Source of the DNA: Tubulanus polymorphus
Taxonomy: Eukaryota; Animalia; Nemertea
Assembly (NCBI RefSeq): GCF_964204645.1
Contig: NC_134035.1
Location: 4,092,001-4,156,000, forward strand
DNA length: 64,000 bases
Direction of reading: 5' to 3'
Under the pieces are notes generated by a model that saw nothing but the letters and a program-made list of their open reading frames with translations, did no database searches and had not been told where the DNA came from. Shown here one piece after another: positions 50,371 through 61,002 of the stretch. Both the position numbers and the translations under genes were made by a program. How positions within the stretch are numbered: the stretch's first letter is position 1; each line of letters begins with the position of its first letter.

Positions 50371-51665
50371 CTCCACACATAAATAAATGATGATAAGTCG
50401 AGTCAAATCATTAATGCCAAGCGAACATATATTTAACAAAAATAGTCTTCTAACATTTCTCATATATATATAATACATGTATGTAATAAATACAGGTTTA
50501 CAAATATACGTAAAATCAAAATTCGTGTAAAGATCAAATTATCATTAGTCAATTCGTGATTTAAACGTATTTAAAATAGGAAAAAAAATTACAACATTAA
50601 CGTTTCTTCACGGGGTGTTCTAGAAAGCTATGCGATGAAGGGCATCCGTACGAACGTTCGTTAAAACCCTGATGAATTATGAGGTTCTTATCCGGGATCC
50701 AGTTCTACTTTGGTGAATTAAATTCACTCATTCAAAATGAACTGATTTAAACTCAGAACTCTAACTCACAACTGTGGAACTGGATCCGGTATTCCGACAT
50801 CAAAACTGTTATTCAATGCTTTTTGTAATACACGGCAAAATACATATAACATTCATTGAGACAATGTTTCTAGAATTAAAGAAATTCACAATTTAATATT
50901 GATGAATTCAAACCCATAATGACTGATGAAGTTAACGTCTGACGCGCATAAATTTGTTCGCGAGTCACGCAAAGCGAGCTTTTGTAATTTCATTTTCATT
51001 TATTGCCTTTGATAATCGATAAGCAAATTAAATCAAAATAATCACCACCAGCCTGTTGAAAGAGTTACCGTTTTGCATTGGAAGCATTCATTTAGTACGT
51101 AACGCATGTCTGTAGCTCGGACTAATAAGTAAATAGTATATGATCAGCATTTTAACGTAAATTATGAATGATCTCGCATATACTAAAGCTTTCTCGGGGA
51201 TTTTTTGGGGATTTAGACTCCATTCGCCTCAGATCTCACAAGACCGATAAATTGTCTCCCTGAGGAACGCAAAGCCCCGAGAGTCGGAGCAGGGATAGGT
51301 CATTATCGCAAGGAACTGTATTTGTAATATAGTAGAATCCGTTTAATTCGGATCATTTGGGACCATCGAATTCATCCGGTTCACGGGAAATCCGCATTGG
51401 AGGCATTTTCTTATATATTAATGTCGAACAAATGGACTGCAAATATAGTCTCGATTAGACCAAAATCCGGATTAAGCCGATCTGTACATTGTCCATGGCA
51501 CATGATAATCCGAGGCAAATGACTCCGGCATAAATGCAGTCTACTGAATCAAAAGAGGCTGGGGTGAATTCTAGCTAACAACTATGAGTAAGTATTCACG
51601 ATATTCCGCTTGTCGAACACTTCGGGTGACACGAACATTACCCGCAGTTCATGATTTCGAAATTC

Positions 51666-51722
51666 CTTCTCTGACAGTTTCGAAGTTTTGAGATGAGTCA
51701 GTGAACTTCATCATCAGAGAAA
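51666..51722 (-). ncRNA. Type I minimal hammerhead ribozyme motif with GUC site (Penelope-type), part of an inverted pair spanning 51630-51790
   Basis: Minus strand TTTCT-CTGATGA-T-GAAGTT..loop..AACTTC-GAAA-C-T-GTC-AGAGA. Stems I and II are intact; stem III is minimal. Confidence 0.55.
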
Positions 51723-52047
51723 TGAAAATGATGAAGCTCAGTCGAAACTTCGAAACTGTCAGAAAATAAATTTCTAAATCATCAACTGTTGGTTTTGTTC
51801 ATTAACTTTAGGAGCCGGTTGCATAGTCATGGCTTTAGACTTAAGACCAATCTAAGACAAAACTTAGTTCTATAGCCAATCTAACAACTTAAGACCAGTC
51901 TTAAGATTTAAGACCACCTTTGGAATTAAGTCAGGACTGTGCAACTGGCCCCTGGTTAAATGTACATTTTTGATATCGAAGAGTTAATGTCTACATCCAA
52001 TCAATCGGCGCAACGGTGTTAAAACATAGGAATCTCGTCGTCGGCGG

Positions 52048-55000
52048 TCAACAACTCTCAACCGTATTCTTAAATTTCGGATGCCACCATTTGAAGACTT
52101 TAGCGTCGACGACCGGGTCGAGCAGAACGTCGGTGCCGTCGCTCGGCTGCGCGTGCCGCGCACGAGCGTTCGAATACGACACGAACGACAAACGCAGTTT
52201 GTGATAACGCATTCCCTGACTGACGTTCAGGTAAACCTTACTCAAATACAGGCCCATAACCGTCGGCGGGAGCGAGATGAAGTTCAACGCGGTCACCTGT
52301 AACAGTCGACAGCCGTCTTCGGCGTTGTCGTGCAGATCGTATGCCGCGTCGAGCAGATCCTTCGAACGACGCGCCGGACTAGAATGGTTGCTGCCGCCGC
52401 CGTTTCCGTGGCGTCGGTGCGGCGCGCGTTTCGATTGGCGTATCGCGCACGCCGCGTGTTCGTGGTAGATTTTGAAATAGAAATGCCAGTAGTTGCGACG
52501 GTCCTTCGAGTGCCACATCAGCAAACACCGGCCGCCTTCGAGGCTGTGGATTTCGTCCTCGAACGGAATCGTCGGTTTCGCCGTGCGCTCGTGGAACAAT
52601 GCGTACATGATGTAGAGCGCGCGGATTACACGCGTGCGCAGGCCGTGCGCCATCATCATACTACAGGGCCGTAGTTCGAGAGGTAGATCGCGTTCGCACG
52701 ACAAAAACCTACAACGACAAATGCGAGACTAGCTGAATTTACCAGCAGAAAGAACATTCACTTCAATACAGTAGAACTTTCGTAAATGTTTGAGACTACA
52801 GTCAGCCCCCGATATACCGCCCACATCGGTGCAGAACGATTTTGATGGTATAGAGAGTATGTCCAGGCTGTTTTACTATGTATTTGTATAGAGATGTACA
52901 TCGAGAAAACCTGGCGGTAGGCGGGGGTGGCGGTATATGGGAGGGCAGAATATCGGGGGTTGACTGTATTTTCAGTCTTGATGAATACCATCAAGATAAA
53001 CCCACTATCAATTTAAACAACTGTTCTTATTTTCTTTTTTAATGTTCCAGGTGTCATCCTCCCACCCATCTTCTGAGCTCGTATGAAAATGGTTGTTTAA
53101 ATTGATATTGTGGCTTAACCTTAATGATATACAGTAGAACTTGGCCGACATATTACTGAAATTGTCCCTATAATTTTGGTCCAAATTTGTACATGCATTT
53201 TTTGCTTCGAAAGTTTAACACGATGATGGTCGTGGCTATGATAACTTAAGCCAGTTTCAGCGTAGTTCAGGAGATTCAGTCATCACAAAAAAATCCAAAT
53301 CCTAAAAAATCACACTTTGCACAGTAGACTGCATTCGCATAATTGTATAATTCGCCTCGGATTATCCCGTGCCCCAGACAATATAAATATTACAAATTTT
53401 CCTACTCCAATTCAGCGTTATAACGATCCCCCCGCTCCAACTGGACAGGGATTCGGCATACCTTCTCGAAGAGAATTCATTGGGGTACCGCCAGATCCGA
53501 GGCAAACGAACAGTCTACTGTACATAAAACATTGACGATAATTCTCGAAAACGAAAACACGTATTCATCATTACCTATTATAGAGTTTGCGCCAGAAATG
53601 CGTGGTGTGAACGACATAGTGGGAATGTTGACAGATTCGAGCGAATCGCCCGACGTCCTCGGGATAAACGTAATCGGCGAGCAAAAACCAGAAATCGACC
53701 GGGTAAACTCTTCTCGATGATTCCGAATTTTCTTTCTTCGCTCCGTTTTGATGACCGTTCGTGACAACACCAGCACCATCGCAATCACTATCTGTGCACA
53801 ATTAGATAATTCAACACAATTATAATCAAACATTTTTGTAACTGATCAAACTTAATCCTTTCACAGCTGACAGCTTCACTAAATCACATGACCTTAAGTT
53901 GTTAAAAATTTCACCTAAGTGTGGTGTATATACCGCTATATTTTGTCTACTCTGCAGAGCGGTGTATAATGAACATTCCACTATATTTTGTCTACTTTGC
54001 AGTGCGGTGTGTAATGGACATACCGCTATATCGTGTCTACTCCAAAGTGCGGTGTATCATTAGTACTAATATCTCTTAATGTTTTGAGAGGTACTGCCAT
54101 CTTTCAATGGTGATTTTAACTAATTGATAATAACCTGGTAAACCGCACCACCGGGTAGGCACAATAAAGAGCGGGTGGATTATACACCGCATATCGGTGC
54201 AATACTGACTCTCTCATACCTTCATCATCTTCCGATGAACTACAATCCTCATTTTCCTCTGTTCCGGAGATCGACAATTTCAGCAAATCAAAATCTTCGA
54301 TGTCTCGTTCGTACCACGCTAAACCTGGATTTACTTTATCGGCCGGCTGACCGCATAACTGCTTCACTAGAAAAAGTTTAAATGTTTTGACGGATTTTAA
54401 GGGTCAACGCACAGGATGTTAAAATAAGGCAATCACTGGTTTCTTAGACCCATGATTTCACAAGTTTTGAATTTGTTAGCTTCTTCATCGCCGGATTTTA
54501 ACACTACTTTTCTCAATAGTTTTCCCGCAAGAATAAAATCTTGGAACGGATGAAATTTTGTTATGAAGTTCACTGAAACAAGCTAAAAGCAAGGCTTATA
54601 TTCTCTATTACCAGTATCATGGCTTTCAATGACTTTTTATTTTTGCACCCAATTCCATCGAATTGTAAAAACTGTTAATTGCCTAAATACTGTCCATCAA
54701 TCAGGTCCAAGGACATATCCTCAACTGAACTTAAATTAACTAAAATAAGCAGCATTCCGCAATCCTATTTCGGGAGCCATTACTGGTTCCTTCATAACTT
54801 ACCCACCTTCTGAAAGAATTGACGCGCCTTTCTTCGCGCGATGTATCTTTCCGGCCTGGATTTCCGTCTTATCCAAATGAGCGAAATCGTAAACCGTCAC
54901 ATCTGAAATCAGCGATAATTAAAATCAGTCGGACAAAAGTGATTCATTTTGATTCTGTTCCTCAGCAGAAATGGAAATTTTTGAGAGGAAGGGGTATGAA

Positions 55001-55457
55001 AATGCAAGTGCCCAGCCAACAGTTCGATATCATTGATCATCCTGATCTAATCCACAGGGGCTTATATTTGAAGTTTGGGGATGAACTGTAGCTTAGAAAT
55101 ACAAAGAATTATAGGCCTAGTACCAGGGATACTGGATGATTTAAACAGTTCACCCCCCAAACTTCAAATACCAGACGAGCCCCTGTGATCTAACTAATCA
55201 GTTTCAACCTGTCTGTGGTTAAGACTTAAGTAAGTTTGAGTTGACAATCAGATATTTTCACAAACCACATAAGTTAGTCGGTGTAAAGCTAATTACCAAC
55301 GATTAGGATTAGGAAGGTTGTATAAGGTAGTTCAATGAAATAGGCCAGTCTGTCTTGTCTAGCACACAGAGTGACAGTTTCGTTTTTTACCGGTGTTTGA
55401 AGCGCTCGTTTGACCGCCGTTTCTTTTCTTCTTGTCCCGTTTGCCGGTTCTCGGCAT
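52048..55457 (-). CDS. TMEM183: Transmembrane protein 183 homolog, 5 exons, 395 aa
   Basis: Exons (minus): 55457-55391, 54902-54807, 54366-54220, 53791-53575, 52708-52048 (1188 nt). Motifs MPRTGKR, VTVYDFA, EVKQLCG, YPVDFWFLLADYVYPEDV..F..IC, FWRKLY, LPLELRP, LR.RVIRALY.MY, LLQVTALNFI, VLLDPV...VFKWWHP. Confidence 0.92.
52799..52966. mobile_element. Tc1/mariner(pogo)-type MITE in TMEM183 intron 4
   Basis: TA|CAGTCAGCCCCCGATAT ... ATATCGGGGGTTGACTG|TA: TIRs with TA target duplication. Confidence 0.8.
55053..55187. mobile_element. MITE in TMEM183 intron 1
   Basis: CACAGGGGCT..TATTTGAAGTTTGGGG / CCCCAAACTTCAAATA..AGCCCCTGTG inverted arms. Confidence 0.7.
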
Positions 55458-55989
55458 GTTGACAGCTCTGATCCCCAAATCACACCCGGTTTGCGCCGGC
55501 TAGACATCGTGATCGCTCGAGAAATTTGATAAATAATGGAAAAATATGGTTAGTTTCCTCCCGACGCCGGCAACGGTCGCCATGATGGTGACTTTGCGGG
55601 AAAACTAAAACGCGGGCTCGGATTCAAAGTAAAACGCGGGTTGGGACTCTGAAAAACGCGCAATTAGTCACACTTATTTATCTTAGATTGCACGGTGTTT
55701 CGTCGGTGCTATGACCACGTCCTATTTTACCAGGGATTATGAAACAATCCTAATAGAATATCCATTTAGTTTCTTGATATCATTATGATATCCTTTTGCC
55801 GTCCAAAATGATGACGCCTCGACCGGCCGGCCGTGCTCCAAGACGGGTTTAACTTGTCACTGTTGGGAGTGACATATACGCCGGAGGAATATAAGCGCTA
55901 GTGAACATCTTTATCGTCTTCGATCTAAAAGGCATGCTGTCAGAGTCAACAACGACCGGACACAAGGCGTGCCGGAGTAGCCCACCGAC

Positions 55990-56700
55990 TAGTGCGACAA
56001 GACTCGGCGGTCCGTAAAAGGAATCTCCGAAAGATCGTAATACAAATTTCTTATCTGTTGTACTTGTCAGGCTTTTATCTGTTGACTAGTTCACAGAGCG
56101 CTATTCGCCTGCACTGTAGACGGCTCCTCATCAATATCCATTTTCGTTTTATGAAATCCGGTGTTGACGATTCGACCACCCCGACGCCCGCTGCGGTCGC
56201 CGTGGCACGAGTCCAGCGTCGAACGGAAGGCGGTTCCCGGCCGGCAATTACTCCAGCGCTTGCGAGTGAGCGCGCAAACACCGGCGCAAACGCTCAACAC
56301 GATCGTCAGCGTCATAACTCCTAAAACAAACGCCGATAACGACAGTATGAAAATAGTCCTCACTGACCCGTGCGCGGAATCGTCGACAGCCGAGCTGGCG
56401 TTTGATGGCAACGAAGTCATCGTCGTATCGTTCCTAATCTTCACCCTGAGTCCTGGCAGTGGTTGTCTCCACGGATCTCCGTCGCTCTACGATCCTACAT
56501 CAGACACTGAGGTTCTTGGTGAAATCCTAATCGTTCTAGCAATCCGCAGGAGGCTTATCTGAGCCTATAACTAAATTGCGTCGGTGTTTCGCTTGCGGCG
56601 GTACATTGCCAGCCGAAATAGGCGTTCAGAGTCCTGAAGCGAGTGCCTGTGAATTCTGTTGATAACTATAGCGGTTCACGCAGAGTTTGTTGAGCTAAAT
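55990..56700 (-). pseudogene. Decayed intronless SUEL/Gal-lectin-like type I membrane protein gene (copy 3, best-preserved TM)
   Basis: Minus frames: LREPL*LS..GTRFRTLNAYFGWQC..PTQFSYR..FHQEPQCLM*, then after a frameshift DGDPW..LRVKI, a Ser/Thr-rich stalk, TM IFILSLSAFVLGVMTLTIVLSVCAGVCAL and stop-transfer TRKR. TATA-like TATATATA near 56970. Confidence 0.55.
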
Positions 56701-57627
56701 AATTCTTAGCCGATATCCTTTCCACGCCCAATATTTGTCGAGACACAAGACTCCAAAATGTTCTATTCGCTGACTGCGCTTTGACTAAGAAGTTCTTCCT
56801 CAAATCCTGTCTCTATAGAAGATGAATAGCAGTCTACGTAATCCAAATACTCCGAATGTCCGTCGGGACCATCCGTAATCCGTTGTTTTTATCGGTGCTC
56901 GTTCTAAAATAGGTTGATAAATGCCATCGATACAAAGGCAGCTCAGGGTTGAATCAAACACAGTCTATATATAAGAGAACGCCGCGTGTTCGGTACAAAT
57001 TTATCATTATCCAAAGCAATTAATCGATATATATCGATTTTCATAATATTCCAATAATCGATGTTGTCGTTTTTTTTAATGAAAAAACATCCGAAAATCG
57101 AATTGCGTCGGAATCAAACGTTGAAATTCATTCGATGTCGGTGTTGAACGTGCACGCTTTGCCTTCGCCGCGTATCTGCACCAGACCGACGACAACAGCG
57201 CCGGCTCTGTCGAAGTCTCTCTCAGTTGAATTCGCCCGGACGCATTGAAAATAGCAAAGAAACAATGCGGTATCAAATGTAATAATAGACTTTCAGAGTC
57301 GACGATATTGGAACCATTGTACACGACGTGTGCCGCAGTTAATTAATGATGACACTTAACTCATTTTGATACTCACAGGGCAACGACTAATAATCGATAA
57401 CCGATTTTTTTAGGCGGCGTTTTTTATGTTTAGTTTCGATAATGCGTTCACTACGGAATTAGATTTTACACTCGCACCCGGAACTCAGCGCCGCAATTGA
57501 CGATACAGTCAACGCGGTATATTGTTCGATTCAGTAATGAATATACTGATATCTAGCCGGTATTGTTTATAGAAAACGCGCAATTTTAATAAACGATTTT
57601 TGCCAGTATTACGCGTGAATCCGTGAG

Positions 57628-58182
57628 GCCACTTACCTGGAAATCAGCGAAAAGTCTGCCGATTTCCTTTTCTTTAAAAAAAGCAGGGAATAGTTAGGGA
57701 ATTTTGTTTAAAAAAAAGCTAAAAATCATGGAAAATTCGGGGAATTTATTAAGATTGCTAGATCGATCGTAAAATCAAACAGTCTATATGTCTTATATAT
57801 ATTGACTGTGTTAACTGGTTGGATTCTTAGCAAATTGAGTCTGAGAAAACAACGTGCATGCCAGGGAATAATCAGGGAGAAAAGCAAGTCAAATAATGAA
57901 TACTTGGAAATCAGGGAAAAGTCGGGGAATTTCCTTCACTTTCAAAAAGTAAGGGAATATAGTCAAGGAATTTGGCTAAAGAGCTAAAAATCAGCGATAA
58001 GTCAGGGAAATATATTGAGATTGCTACTTTGTGCGTAAAATCAAATAGTTTCCGTATATTTTTTACGTATTTGACTGTGTTAATTGAATGGATTCTTAGC
58101 AAATCAAGTCAAGGAAAACAACGTGCATGTCAGGGAATGATAGTCAGGGGGAAAAAGCAAGTGAAATAAAAGTGCCCACCCT
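57628..58182. mobile_element. hAT-like MITE with an internal tandem duplication of about 265 bp
   Basis: Blocks 57635-57900 and 57901-58170 share GCTAAAAATCA, CGTAAAATCAAA, TTGACTGTGTTAA, GGATTCTTAGCAAAT and AAAACAACGTGCATG. Ends in CCACCCTG. Confidence 0.7.
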
Positions 58183-60839
58183 GAAAAATACATATTACAT
58201 CTTTATTCATCTTCTTTTGAACAAACAAGCATTTTAAATAGATAAGTATAATGGTTTATGAATAAAACTCCTCAATATTTTCACTATTAATTATGCGAAC
58301 AATCTGTTACACCGACATTTCAGATAGAATGCTGCTTTATTGTTAACAGGCAGCAGATGGAATAGTTCTTTTGTATATAATACGTATATACTGTGAATAA
58401 GTCTTAATTGATTTAAAGTATTCATATTTCCAGATTTGATTCTTCATAATTTTGTCGGTGGAATAAACCTTATAATACAATTAGTTTATTGCTCCGAAAA
58501 ACAAATTACATTTGCACGGAGCACAGAAACAGGCTCATATACTTAGTATTTGCGTTTACAGAATAGGTATAAGAGAAATACAAAAACACAACTTTAAGAA
58601 GAAACAGGGACGGAAACGGGTCTAAGAGCGGTTGCTCTGCTGGTCATCCCCCAGAAAACTTTTGAAAGATTCACCTAATTTTCACGCTTCCTGGGCATTT
58701 TAGGCACCGCTCGATCATCCCGTGTGTTTGAGATATAACAGCGCTTTGAAATTTAGCGTTGAAAATAAATAACACGAAGGAGGTGGTACTCCATCACCCC
58801 AAGTACCCTGTGCTCCAGAAATACCGATGTACTTTTGAAACGTTTTACCACGATTTATGAAAATGTGCAAACCGATCATTCATCAGTCCGGTACCACAGT
58901 TGATAGTTCATATTACAGTCTAGCTTTTAATGATTAATCATCAGCGGTGGAACTCTGAGTGACGTACAGCAGTCTCGCGTATCGATTCAACTATAGGGTG
59001 AGTCCCTAAATTATTGGGTGGCTGTTTAGTATCATTTGAAGTAGAAACCCACAAAATAAGGAAAATACTGCAATGAGCGTTTTACGTTTCGCCCAAAACA
59101 GTTTAAAAAAATGATCAACTGGGTCGAAACGTCAAATGCTCATCCAGTTTATTCTTAATATTGTGGGCTTTAACTGCAAAATACAGCTTGTATTCAATTT
59201 AAGATTAGGTCTTCGTGACTCCCGGGCCCTGGCCTGGCGGTGTTGGCCCTCGAGTCATCTCAGCGAATATGTTGCATTATGTTTGCCAACGCACTCCCCT
59301 CGAGGAATAACTAGTCTCAGAGAGACGTTGATTCGATATTTACGTGAATTGTCGATCTGTATTATACTAACCTGCATGCACTCCAATCGAAAAGCAGCCA
59401 CTACTCGTCAATATTTAAAAAACTGGTTAACTTACTAACGGAAATCCGTCAGTAGATAAAACACCAGGTTTCTACACTCAATTTTGTCGATTTCGAAAAT
59501 AATGCTCATTACGAAACAACGTTTAGAATATAGTAGAAAAGCGTTTGTATGCACTGAGACACGGAGAATCGATCGCACGATTTAAACCCACTCTATATTA
59601 TTCCAATTTAAAAGTTTAAAAACGAAAATTATTTCATCTAAGATTAAAATCTACGACATGACATCATCAAAGAGAACGCGCCCAAAAAGTCATAATTTTT
59701 AATTTTCTTCGCGTTTGAAATTTCAAAGTTCATTACATTTCGTTTTATTTTATTATCATACAAAGTACTGTATGCCAAATATCGTACATGTAATACAAAA
59801 TGTATATGATGACAATTCATAACATTGATACATGATGAAAAATGCAAGTTAAAAATTCTCGAAATTAACTTCACCCCGTCGTTTGGAAAGCGACGTGTTC
59901 TCTAATACTAGCACCTCGTGTAAACCTATATGAATGAAGGCGGTGTGAATGGTTTATTAATGATTTATCAATAGTAATGATCGATAATTCGGTATTTGTG
60001 GCGAGGTTCAAAAGCTGCTTCCAGGAATATGCATGGTTTGACCGGAGTATTGTTTGAGTTTAATTAAGAATTTACCTAGTTTCAGTTAAACAGAAAATGT
60101 GGTAACCATTGTGATCCAAATCCGCCGAATCAACAGCCGCGATCATACGAGCATTTTTGGCCTGTGCCAAATTTTGCCCAGAACAACTGTCCACACGGGT
60201 GCCAAATGGGCCCGTGCCTATTCCACTCGGGCCAATTTTTGGCCGACCAAATACGTTGGACCAGGCCTGAGCCAAATTTTGGCACGGTTAATCGCATCCG
60301 GAAGTGACTTATTTTACGCTTTGGTTGAGCATTGTTTAGTATCAAGCATGGGCGTATAAACTAGAAGAAAAATCTAGTTTGTACGTCCACGTTTCGTGAG
60401 TGGTTTTGCGTGTGAGCGCGGGCGAAATTTGGCTCGAGCCTGATCCGTGCAAATTTGACCCATCGTCTACGTTCGATCGCGGCTTATGACTAGGGGATCT
60501 ACTGATACGCCACCTACCCCGATAGTCGTACGAAACATTCACGTTACTTCGCAATTTACCGGAGAAAATTACGACGAGTTGAACGTTTCGTACGCCATCT
60601 ATTGGTCAAATACGGACGACGGGATTGGGTTTATGCCTTCTCGTCCTCCCATCGAAAGGTTCTCGAACTCTCCCGGGTCAATTCGCGACCGTCCGTCCGT
60701 CGTGGGATATTGCGCATTCGAGAATCGGGGAAAATAACGGCGTGCGTCGTCGACTCGACGCGATAATAATCTCTCGAGTCGATCCGATTATGACTGCGCG
60801 ATCTCGAGCTTATTTCGAAATAAATAACCATTAGATCTT

Positions 60840-61002
60840 TTTCTCCAAGGAGATGGGTGATACCTGCGTCAGTGATCAGAGCGTCACGTACACGACAGAC
60901 GAAGGCAGTTAGTTATACAGTGACAACACGCCGCTCTCTGGAGACCTACAGCGTTGACACGGCGTATACGTTTCCGTCCGCGACGTAACGTTACGTAGAA
61001 AG
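60840..61002 (+). other. Possible first (mostly non-coding) exon of a gene continuing beyond the window
   Basis: CpG-rich stretch ending in a consensus donor AAG|GTAAGT at 61002/61003. No downstream coding exon found in the window. Confidence 0.35.

Noticed and set aside
49320-50386. Plus-strand ORFs (112, 61 and 141 aa) as a viral-like intronless gene
   Set aside because: Similarity among the three related loci is better explained by a minus-strand frame (lectin-like motif plus TM). The plus ORFs are probably shadows, though not fully excluded.
55289-55507. 72-aa ORF as the TMEM183 N-terminus
   Set aside because: Out of frame with the conserved MPRTGKR start and the phase-1 donor; at most a uORF.
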